Positions 39,901-51,270 of a stretch of 64,000 bases of DNA are shown in pieces. Under the pieces are notes generated by a model. That model searched no databases, had not been told where the DNA came from, and saw only the letters and a list, made by a program, of their open reading frames with translations. The stretch's first letter is position 1, and the number at the start of each line of letters is the position of its first letter. The translations under genes were made by a program, and so were the position numbers. Source of the DNA: Botryllus schlosseri (lineage: Eukaryota); contig CM119372.1 of NCBI GenBank assembly GCA_051294905.1, positions 7,008,001-7,072,000 of the forward strand, read 5' to 3'.

Positions 39901-41740
39901 TATGCCGCCAGCGCCATGCATAGAGTGGTCCGAAGCTGAAATGCGGGGAATTTTAACCAAAGATGTTATGAAGATGTGAAAACATGTAATATATGAAAAA
40001 GGTTCAAAGTGCAGAACCCACCAAGGTTCGTTTGCGAACGTGAACCTATAAATTTTAGAGATCCACACACAGAACAAGAACGTGAACCTCACGATCACAC
40101 CATCCCTAATGAAATGTATGATCTTATTTTCAAGAAAAGTCATTTTGTTGCTGTTTATCACTAAGCCTACAGTTATCATTTGCACGAGACAGATGACAAT
40201 TGCACGATATTTGGGGTAAATTTGAACTAAAGTTTATTGGGGGTCCGCGAGGTCCGTGACAGTCCGAAAGGGGTCCGCGAAGACAAAAAGGTTGAGAACC
40301 ACTGCAATAGTGTATTACATTTTCACAATGTGTATGGAATGCCAATGTGCAAGGTCCGACAAAAAAAGGCGTACTGGGAAATACATATTACACTCCTATT
40401 TGATGCTGCTGCCCGCCGCGTCATCAAAAACTACGAAATTGGCCCGCGAGCAAATTGGAGTTTGGGACCCCTGATCTGAACGATTATACTCTTGATGCTC
40501 TTATGTTTTGCGTCGAATCAATATCACAAGGACTAAATGTTATTTGTGTAACTTGTATGTGTATTGTACAACTTTTCTAATCCCGGGGAATCCCGGGATT
40601 GAGGAGCGATAATCCCGGGAAATCACGATCCCGGGATTTCAAATTTGATCCCGAAGTCCCAACCCTAGTGCGTGGTCGAGTTGGAGCAGATGTGACGAAA
40701 CGTGCGGAATAGGTAAGAAGACTCGATATCGATACTGCGTATCCAAAGAAAACAAATATTCACAATATTGCAAAGGAGAGTCATTCGAAATATCGGACTG
40801 TGAAATTTCACGTTGTCCGGGAGGTGAGTGGAGTCAGTGGGGTCCAGTTGGTCCTTGTATAAAGATATGTACGAGCACTGGTTATAGTGCAGCAATGCAG
40901 TATAGATATTGTCTGAACGGATCAAACGCTTGCCCCGGATGGGAGACAGGCAAGGCAAAGCAATGTACCGTGCCGATTTGCAAGAAGAACGGACTGTGGG
41001 ATGATTGGAGCAACTGGTCTGCGTGTCAAGAGACTTGCGGGACCGGGGTGCAGTCTCGAGCGCAATTATGTAAAAATGAATTGAATTATGCAGTCGCTGC
41101 ATGCGGCACGTCGTCGCAGAAAGAAGTTGAAATGCGAAAATGCGATTTAGACACTTGTTTCGCTGACCAGAAAACGTTCGGGCCGTGGTCTCAATGTTCT
41201 GCTACTTGTGAAGGGTACAGAAAAAGGACGTGTACGGGCGGTAAATGTTATTCGTCTGTCGAGACCGAACCTTGCGGCCCGAGAAAATGCAACGAAGGTG
41301 CCATTTTCGCTACATCGAGAACGAACTTAGCCATAGACGACGTATGTAACGTCGCTTTTACAACGGAAAATTGGGTATTCGGAGACTTTAGTGGCGATGG
41401 CCGTCTGGATATTGTTTGCTTAAACGCTTACGGAGTGTACCAATTATCGTATGGTAGCAATTCCGGATTTAAAAAAGTGTGGTCCGGATCCTTCGATCGG
41501 TGCGGCGGCGGTGTTTTACTTCAGGGAGATTTTAACTTTGACGGGAAGAGCAATCTGGTTTGTAAGTCCAAGAAGGAGCGTCAACTCATAGTCCGATACG
41601 CAGGTGACAAACGCTTTCACGAGCCGCTGGTCGAAGGGTGGGAGTTCTGCGCCATATATTCTTCGCAGCTTACGACCGTGACGCGCAGTGGCAGAACCGC
41701 TCTTTTGTGTCAGGATAACAAACAATTTCTGGAGTTATGA
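36986..41740 (+). pseudogene. Intronless astacin (M12A) metalloprotease gene: hydrophobic N-terminus, antistasin-like module, astacin, 4 TSP1, 2 FG-GAP/VCBS-like repeats; disrupted
   Basis: CSEQCPFGFAADETGCPAGCAC; FQGDI; HEILHALGFYHEHSRPD and SRMHY Met-turn; WSAW|SSWSRCDETCG rejoins in frame across the 38083-40667 insertion; GDFSGDGRLD and GDFNFDGKSN; one frameshift at ~37535-37545. Confidence 0.9.
38083..40667. mobile_element. hAT-type MITE containing three further nested elements (~38255-40473, 38613-40304, ~39263-40108)
   Basis: Outer TIR TAGCGTTGGGAC / GTCCCAACCCTA with TSD GCGCGTGG / GTGCGTGG; 38613-40304 has CAGCGGTTCTCAACC / GGTTGAGAACCACTG with TSD CATTAGTG / CAATAGTG; the other two have matching TIRs but weak TSDs. 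Confidence 0.85.
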
Positions 41741-42899
41741 ATTTTGAAACGCTGACAACAGTTTCTATGGCCGTGACGGAGAGTGAATTGGTGCATGAGC
41801 ACCGGGCAGTATAGTCTCGCTGTTGAAACCAGTCACGAACCACGGGAACTATTTTTTCTCGATTTGGAGATGGTGTTTCATGAAAATTTATTCCAAGACG
41901 CTGCCTGACTAAAACTCTTTTACTTGTTAGTTGTTAATGTTAGTATTGAAGTTGCTTGCCTAAATTCAAGTTTATAGACGTATACATGACACGACCGCGT
42001 CTGTTTTTGTTTGGCTAGAATTACATCGTTTACGCGTGTGGTGAGGCGGCGATAACGATCCGCCGATCCGCAGCTGCAACACCAAGGTTGCTGGTTCGAG
42101 TCCGCTCTGCGTTCTTCTAATACTCTTTAAATCCTTATTCCAATCGAAGTTACTACTTGGCATCTTCTGCTGGGGAATTTGTATGATGACATTCGATCTG
42201 CATCAAAATTACCGGCTATGACAATGCTGTCTGTGGATCGAACCCAGCCTTATTCCCCGATGTTTGTACACACCGACACATTTCATGTAATGTCATACAC
42301 CTCATTTACGCGAATACTTGGTATGGGTATTTAATGTGTGGCTGGAATACGCATTGTTATTTTTCATGGAGACAAAACACGGGTTGTAACATGTTTACTT
42401 GAATATTGGTCGTTGGTTCATACGAAGATATGCACGTCGGAACATAAGAGCCTACAACTTGCAGGCCAGATAATGTTGAAATTATGGGGCTACAGACACG
42501 TCACATTTATGCTGCCTAGTTTTATAGTTCCCGACTTCTTTTGGTCTTGAAATCGAGCCAATATTGCCGCTTTTGGGTTGCCAAATCATCTATTATATTA
42601 ATGTGCAGTGTAAAATCACTTACTCTGCACGATAGTCTTCACTCACAGCACATGAATTTTATACAGCGTCAGCATAGATAATCCAGTCGTGTAGGTACAT
42701 AGAGAGAGAGAAAGAGAGAGAGAGTCTTTTTATTTTCATCAAACCAAAATACATAACACACGGCAGTGGTGGTGGTGGTACAGAAAATATGCATGCACAT
42801 TGCACAGTATTCGGCATTGGATAGGAATGATCGATAAGACCGTGAGGGTCATCTAGTCTGATCACACAAGCATCAAACAGGTACGCTTGACTCTAAACA

Positions 42900-43718
42900 G
42901 TCTGGCTGTAAAAAATGTTACAGTAGTTAAAAAATAAAATAGAAGAAAAATTAATCGATGGTAGCAAATGATCAATGAAGCAATGTCTGGGCGAGGTAGG
43001 GCAACAGTGTTAGTGTAACGATAAGAGGTGATCAATTAGTGCTTTTTTGAATCTATTATAGGGCAATTCACGGATATGTGGTGGTAATGCATTCCAGATG
43101 ATAGGTCCCGAGTAGTCGATGGACCTCTTAGTTAAGTTGCTATTGGGTGGGGGTAAGTAGATATATCCTTTAGACGAGGATCTCGTGTAATGGACTAATG
43201 GGAGTGGACATTTTTAGCAGGTATGAAAAAGTCATCAAACACAGGAGGCAAACTATTGGAAAAATATTTGTGAATGACTTTTGATACTTCGAAGCGATAT
43301 AGGTCGTCAACTTGCAAAATTCGGTGCTTACGGTAGTAAGGCGATAGTTTGGTACGTAAAGGTACAGATGAGATCAGCCGTATCGCACGGTTTTGCAGGG
43401 TTCGAATTCTGCACAGAAATGTTTTGCATGCACTTCCCCATACTACGATTCCATATTGCAGGTGAGAGTGGAAAAGATAAAAATATATGGTTCGTAGTAT
43501 TGATCTGGAAACCAAAGGTTGCAGACGGGTCATTATTCCCACACACCGAGCTAGTTTTGATATTGTGCATTCAATATGCTGCTTCCAAGACATTTTAGCA
43601 TCAATAGTGACACCGAGATATTTTGCTGAGTCACATATGGAGATTTGTTTATGATTGATGTTCACAGTGAAACTATGATTGGCATTATTTAAAAGGAGCA
43701 TCTCGGTCTTATCTGCGG
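42900..43718 (-). mobile_element. 5'-truncated CR1/L2-like LINE (RT C-terminus and 3' UTR)
   Basis: ORF 43195-43746: DKTEMLL..AKYLGVTIDAKMSWKQHI..HLQYGIVVWG..LQNRAIRLI. Confidence 0.88.
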
Positions 43719-43724
43719 TTGCCC

Positions 43725-44095
43725 GACATATGAGCATGCGACACAATGAAAAACGACAGTTGAGCGTGCGACGCTACAGCATGAGGACACATTAGCATGG
43801 TAACACATGAGCATAGGGACACATGAGCATAGGGCCACATAAGCATGGGGACACATGCGCATGGGGACATATGAGCATGTTGAAATATGAGCAAGGGGAC
43901 ACATGGACATGGGGACAGTTTAGCGTGCGACACTTGAGCATGGTTACACATTAGCATGGGGACTAATGAACATGGTTACATATGGGCATGGTAACACGTG
44001 AGCACGGGGGCACATAACGATTGGGACACTTCAGCATATTAACACTTGTGCATGGTGACATATTAGCATGGTGACAAATGAGCACGCGGACACTA
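43725..44095. repeat. Degenerate 15-16-bp minisatellite (GACACATGAGCATGG-like)
   Basis: More than 20 visible imperfect units. Confidence 0.85.
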
Positions 44096-44648
44096 AATTG
44101 CAGTCTACCATAAAATAAGATAACTTGGTATTTTACAGATGATTTGAAGTTGAGAAAAGTAATACTGACATTATATACCTTTGAATAATACCTTATGGCT
44201 GGAAACTAGCTGGGAATATCAGTATTTGTTCACGAATTGCAACCCAACGGCGCTTCTTCAATGTACGATTCAAAACAAGCCGATGTCAATGGTGCAACCA
44301 ATACATGATTCCCATGAGCATGATAGACAGGTTGTGCGGGGTGAAATCGTTATGCATGTGGCCTTTATGGGACTGCATTCAAGTACGATTTTATTGCAAT
44401 ATATCATCTCTACACGGCCGTTTTCAACTGATAACGTCACAAAAGCTATAAACCGGTGACGTGGTCAACATTATATATCCAGTAGTAAGGAGAATTGCCC
44501 CGTGGATCTTTGGGGGGGTTCGAGGATGGAAGATCACGACGAAGATGACCAAAACTGTTCATAAAAGTGTTTTTATGTACTAAACCATCATTTGGGTCAC
44601 AAGCATCGAAGTTTCCTGACAATTTTTCAAATCTGAACAACCCTAGCG

Positions 44649-44842
44649 GACACTTGCGCATGCGACACTTGAGCATGTCACAATGGAGCATGCCACACTT
44701 GAGCATGCCACATTTGAGCATGTCACAATTGAGCATGTCACAATTGAGCATGTCACAATTGAGCATGCGACACTTGAGCGTGCCACATTTTAGCATGTGC
44801 CACATTTTAGCATGCGTCTCTTGAGCATGTGACACTTGAGCA
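44649..44842. repeat. 15-bp minisatellite (CACACTTGAGCATGC-like), same orientation as 43725-44095
   Basis: About 12 tandem units; explains the repetitive ORFs 44446-44835 and 44567-44824. Confidence 0.85.
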
Positions 44843-45244
44843 AGTTAGCTCGTGTTATTGATGGAATTTGTTGTCACGTGGTGGAAAAAACCACGCTGTT
44901 ATAAGCACCACGCTCGATTTCACGGCTAGCTTCGACTGCGGTTAGTGAAACATGACATCAGTGAAAATTGCAGTCTGTATATTTCAATCCTGCACATCAC
45001 AAGACTGTGCAGAGTGCATGAGCATACCCTATGCAGAATGAAGCTTGTTGTCGATGCGGGGACGCCACGATGCCGGATACAACGTTTGTTCTGAAAGTAG
45101 ATTCTAAATAAGTGATTTCTAACCCGGCTAACCTTCTTGCGGCTCTGATAGACCCCTGAATATGCCACTAAAATATTATAAACAGTTGCCGTTGTTTGCC
45201 AAAGGTCTCTTCTAATAAGTAGTATAGTAGATCGGTCGTGAGGT

Positions 45245-46080
45245 GGCTGGGGTTCTTATGGGCGGGGTGGCATGGTGCCGAGAAACCGGGGGTGGCATGG
45301 TGACCCTTATGTCTTATGGCGGGGGTGGCATGGTGCCATTGTGTCTTATGGCTGCGGTGGCATGGTTACCTTTTCGGGTATAGGCTGCGGCGGCATGGTG
45401 CCGTGAAACTCGTGGTGGCATGGTGACCCTTATAACTATAGGCTGCGGTCGCATGGTGCCACTGTGTCTTATGGGTGCGGTGACATGGTTACCTTTTTCG
45501 GGTATAGACGGCGGCGGCATGCTAACGTGAAACTCGTGGTGGCATGCCTATGTTTTTTGGTATACGTGCGGCGACATGCTAACGACGATAAATGTGTCTG
45601 TCATGTATTCTTACGCGATATGTGGTGACTCGCCATGTGTTCTTATGGGTGCGGTCGTGATGCGCACTTTCAGCCATCTCTCGCGTGGTGTTGAATAGTC
45701 ACCAACAATAACCGCACAGACGGAAACGTGGCTTGTTGTGAGGATTAAGCAGTGCGACCTATATTTCGAATGACCTGCGCGCTGAATTGTTTCACAGCCA
45801 ACCGCGGTGGTCGTGACTCGCCTTTTTTACTATAGGTGGTGACGGTGATTCGCCTGTCGTGTATTCTTACGGGATCTGTGGTGACTCGCCATGTGTTCTT
45901 ATGGGCGCGGTCGCATGCGGCTATTGCGTCTTATGGCGGGGGTGGTGAGCGGCTATTGATGCTAACACGAAACCCGGGGTGGCGAGCGGCACTTATTTCT
46001 TATGGCGGCGGGTCTTATTTCTTATGGGTGCGGTCGTGATTCGTACTTTCGGTATAGACTGCGGGCGGTATGTCGTACTT
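45245..46080. repeat. GC-rich subterminal repeats (CTTATGGx(G/T)GCGG..GCATGGT) of the palindromic element; mirror at ~58470-59305
   Basis: Imperfect ~27-30-bp units with higher-order repetition immediately inside both ends. Confidence 0.8.
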
Positions 46081-49000
46081 TCAGCAAAAAAGGTGTGAAA
46101 TAGTTTACCAAGTCTAGGAATCACTTGCAAGGTAATATTTTGGTATTTAGTTTACCACAGAGCCGGCGTAGACGGCGATTCGAATATCAACAATAACAAC
46201 GCTCACGAATTAACACTTCAAATAGCTGTGAAATAGTTTGCAAAACCCCGCGATCGCTGACAAGATAATGTCTCGGTCATAACCATCTTTCACGACTTGG
46301 TGTCATAACCATACCGATCGCTCACGCGGTGAAATTTTAGTAATCAGTTTGTCACAGAACTTGATATCGCTGGTAAGATTTAACAAGTAACGAATAACAG
46401 ACCGCGGTAACTTGAATAGCGACAAATTGTCACTTATTTCCGCTCTAACCCTAATCCTTTGTGAAGTGAACGCTTATTCAAAAGGGTGTGATATAATTTT
46501 AAAATCCAACGACCACTCACCGGATAATACTTCAGACATGGCAATTCCTCATACCCGCCCACAAGGTAATATTTCGGTAATTAGTTTGTCACAGAACCGT
46601 CGCAGGTGGTGATTGGAAAACCGACAATTTGTCACTCGCCCGCGATCGCTATATGTTTCACGCCTCCAGAATAGGGGCTGACTTTAGTTGCGTGATAAGA
46701 TCCATGAAAATATTCAATCAATGTGTTAGTTTATCAACTTGAAATGAAACTCACTACACAAATCAAGTCGATTCGTATCTGAATGTTCTAAATCGGTACA
46801 ACTCTAATCCTTTGACAAATCCCTTAACGCGTTTTTGTTGAATCGAACGTAACCCGAATATTACTGACGCCGACTTTCAGCCGCATCGAATTATTCGCAC
46901 ATTCCGCGCCACTGTTTTCACACTTATAGAATCAATACCAACTATAACTCTACAAGAATCAGGAATCACAAGTATGTGCATTACACAGTTATTGTCTTTA
47001 TTAACTTGAAATCAAACACTTAACAAAAACACGCAACTAATCATTTGGCAACTCTAGCATTACCAAAAAATTCCAGTATTGTTGATTGAAAATCCTTGAG
47101 TCATTATTATCAAAAATGTTATAGTACCGCATCGGAATCCATTCGCGGGATGTACTAAAGTTAAATCCAGATAATCCAAAATGAAATATTTTGACTTTGA
47201 CAAACATTACTACCAACTTTGATCCAGTCACATTTCAAGATCATACTTTGAAACAACCCTTGAAACTTACAACTCTATTCACGACTGAGTTTTCCGTTTA
47301 TCAAATAGAGTTTCAGTAAATACTATCGCGATATTTTAATGTGTTACTACACACAATAGAATCAATCAATGAAATAGCACCTGTTGTAAATATTTCTAAC
47401 TTGACAACCACTTGTGCATACCGCGATCGACTTGCGACGCGATGAGTTAAATCGGAATATTTCAATCTATTTGTCGAAACCTTGAACAAACTATCAGGTT
47501 ATTTTTTGTTGTAATCGAGTGAACGGAAATAGTATTACGTCTCAACATTTTAACATCTTCCCATAAACAAAAGAGTAAAATACAAAAAACCTTGTCAAGT
47601 CAATCCGTTTGTAACTCACCCAACCAAAGCAAAAAGTATCCTTATGAAAAGTAGACAAGACTACGCCAGTAATCACTGCAATCCAAAATCCATAACAAGC
47701 TCGGTTGTATTCATATCCCTACGACGCGTCTTTTGTTTTTCAACTGTAAAAGTCGTTACTATTTTGTAAGACAAAGTAATTACTGCTTGATATATTTTAT
47801 AAACCAAAGTAAATACTACTCGGTGTGTGGTTTGAGATTAACATATTACATTTGAGGATACCGGATTTGAATGCCTGACCAACGTAGTTGAGAATTCATT
47901 TCTTACAATCAAACGCCGGTTTTACATTGAAAGGTATCATACTGTAAACATAAGGATTGACACATTGATTTGATATATGAGATTTTGTAATGCTCGACCA
48001 CGACTTGATTATTAAATTATTCACGATAATTAGACCCGATGTTGTGGTAAAGGTTATTAGAAAATATCACTTTTGGCATCGAGTACCAGTCGAAGTGGGT
48101 GAACAATAACACCGAAAATGATAAATGCGTTTCGTGCTACTATTGACACAAGTTCATTTCTATCAGGTGAAATAAACGCCATCACAAAACTCAGAGCATG
48201 CAAAGGTCTTTATTGATATGAATTTCGATTTGTGTCTTATGATACCAGCAAACATTTTAGAAATATTATGATTCGTTAAACCAAAGTCGTAAGTCCGATT
48301 ATTAATTGATTGGAAACTTGATCACGTACCTCGATCATTACAGAAGATTATAACGCCATTGTCCGACAATCTTTTACAAAAGGATCGAAACCAAGTAACC
48401 CAAAGTCGTTGCCGTCGCATAAACAATTTGTACGACGTTTGATAATTGTACCCTATACGTTGGTGTACCAGAGATATTTGTAAAACACACTCTGGTAAAG
48501 AAATCGAAAGGATATCCTACACCTAAATCTGATAAAACCATTTTGCACTTTTTGTTCGTCAGTAGTATCCATTTGAATTTTCCCATTTCCTCTCGTCAAA
48601 GTAGATGTAATCATAGTCGCTAAAGAACTTACTTGGATGTGTTTGAATTCTAGACATAGTTCTGATTTACTCGACTCAAGACCCAAGAACAACCGTAGTT
48701 AACAACCGTGCACACATATCCAAAATATCGCACGCTCCGCTATTCCTAAAGTACAAACACCCGATACAAAATATCACTTGTTGCGGCATCATCTTCACAA
48801 TATCACCATTTTGTTTGTGTCAATTAGTTACTTTGTATGTTATCCCACAACTCTTACAAAAGTACGAAGGATATTAACATCGCACTAAGTAATTAACTTT
48901 ACTCGATATTCTCGCATTACGAAACTAAAGAATGGTTGGTTAGACTCTACAAACTGTTTCGATATCACAAGAACTTTATTGTCTGAATGGGTGTTCATGT

Positions 49001-49831
49001 ATCTTAATAATCAAATAGTTCAACACAGAACTAGTACGAACAGAAACATCAGAGTTGTTTACACAAAAGTTTGTATGTGTACAGTATGCGAATACCATGT
49101 GTAAGTCCAGCACAATTGCAGTATCCATTCGAGTTTAGTCAACACAAATTTATTACAACGGAGCCACGTAAACTTTCGTGAAAGAAAAGCATACTCACTT
49201 CCAGAGGGTTATGTCAACATCATAGCAGTTCCCCAACAACAAAGTACATATGTTTCTAGCCACGGTCCTTACATCTTTCACATAGATCAATCTACTTTGC
49301 TAACGAAAAGCGCTGAGTCATCACATGATCGCTCTCACAACAAAACAGCTAGTAGATATTATCATTCAAAATATTCCTAACCCTTTACACACCAGTGACA
49401 AATCATACAACGAATATGCTTTGCGGGTCGAATTGTTGTTCAGTGTCAAGTCTACCTGTTGAAACGTACATTAAACAGCACAATCCAATTAAAACCACGA
49501 ATCTATTTTCATTTCGTCACATACAGAAAAACAAATTTTCTTTCTCCAACACATACTTGTAACCAATCGCTTTCATTAAACACACAACACCATAAAAGTA
49601 TTTACTTTCTACAACATAGACATTCCGATGTAGTCAAGAAATATTTTTATTAATCAAAATCATCGATTTCTGTTCACGGCGTTAGTGTGTGCATGTCATA
49701 CCTGTGGGCCCCGTATTAAAATGGACACGACACGACTGACTGTAAGGAGATAGAAGTCTATCACATCGATTTACATGTGGCCTTCGCTACGGTTTCAAAA
49801 AACGAATCATGTCTTTTGCATTGATCTAGAC

Positions 49832-50285
49832 CAGTGGTTCCCAACGTGGGCGATATCGCCCCCCAGGGGGCGATTTGGCGAACTAGGGGGGGCGAAAATG
49901 ACGAAGGGGGCGACAGGGGGGCGAAAATGGACAAAGGGGGCGACGGGGGGCGAAAATAGCGAAGGGGGCGATAGGGGGGCGATGACGCGTAAAAACGGCT
50001 GACCTTTTTTTTTTTTTTTTTTTTTTAGTCATCCACCTAGCAATGCGGAGCGAAAAAACGTTATTTTCAGCTCCGAGCGGAGAAAGATGACCTTTTTTAT
50101 CCACCTAGCAATGCGGAGCGAAAAAACCAGCTCTGAGCGGAGAAAGATGACCTTTTTTTTTTTCAGTCAACCCGCCGGTGATTACAGTCTGTATGCCCAA
50201 TTATCGGTGCACAAAATTTGGGGGGCGATGATCGGTGTTGACCTTGAAAAGGGGGCGATGGGTCGAAAAAGGTTGGGAACCACTG
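49832..50285. mobile_element. hAT-type MITE present in the left palindrome arm only
   Basis: TIRs CAGTGGTTCCCAAC / GTTGGGAACCACTG; perfect TSD ATCTAGAC; empty site GTCTAGAT at 54726-54733 in the right arm. Confidence 0.93.
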
Positions 50286-50619
50286 ATCTAGACCGAGCAA
50301 GTTAGTTAATGGCCATGATTGTGTTTGTCATATGCGAATGATAGGGTTACTGTCAAATCTACATACAACAATCTTCTGACGATCATAATAGCAATTTCAT
50401 TTTCCGCCCCTTCATAATTGTACAACTCGGTAACTACGTTTAACAAGACCAATCACACTACCGGCGTTGAACACAAGATACCTACCCAAGTAAAAATATC
50501 ATTCTGGTTTGGACAACTGACGTTTACCTGTGTAAAATTATCATTTTAACTTAGAGGTCCACCGTTACCTAACTAAAATACCATTGTCCTTTGGAGATTT
50601 ATCGTTTACCCAGTGTAAC

Positions 50620-51270
50620 AATCCCCTTTTCGCTTGGAAATACATTTTTGGCCTGACTAACAAACCCCTTTTCACTTGGAAATATATTTTTTCTCTGGGT
50701 AACAAACCTTTTTCACTTGGAAATATATTTTTTCTCTTGGTAATAAACCTTTTTCACTCGGAAATATATTTTTTCTCTTGGTAATAAACCTTTTTCACTC
50801 AGAAATATATTTTTTCTCTGAGTAACAAACCTTTTTCACTTGGAAATATATTTTTTCTCTTGGTAATAAACCTTTTTCACTCGGAAATATATTTTTTCTC
50901 TTGGTAATAAACCTTTTTCACTCGGAAATATATGTTTTCTCTGAGTAACAAACCTTTTTCACTTGGAAATATATTTTTTCTCTGAGTAACAAACCTTTTT
51001 TACTTGGGAATATATTTTTTCTCTGGTTAACAAACCTTTTTCGCTTGGAAATATATTTTTTCTCTGGGTAACAAACCTTTTTCACTTGGAAATATATTTT
51101 TTCCCCGGGTAACAAACCTTTTTCCCTGAGCAACAAACCTTTTTCACTTGCAAATATATTTTTTCCTGGGTAACAAACCTTTTTCACTTTGAAATATATT
51201 TTTTTTCCTGGGTAACAAACCTTTTCGCTTGGAAATATATTTTTCCCTGGGTTACAAACCTTTTTCACTT
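50620..51270. repeat. ~40-41-bp AT-rich minisatellite (left arm)
   Basis: Unit AACAAACCTTTTTCACTTGGAAATATATTTTTTCTCTGGGT; 82 bp longer than its mirror. Confidence 0.92.

Noticed and set aside
42030..42115. tRNA gene (B-box GGTTCGAGTCC)
   Set aside because: No convincing cloverleaf; at most a SINE head remnant.
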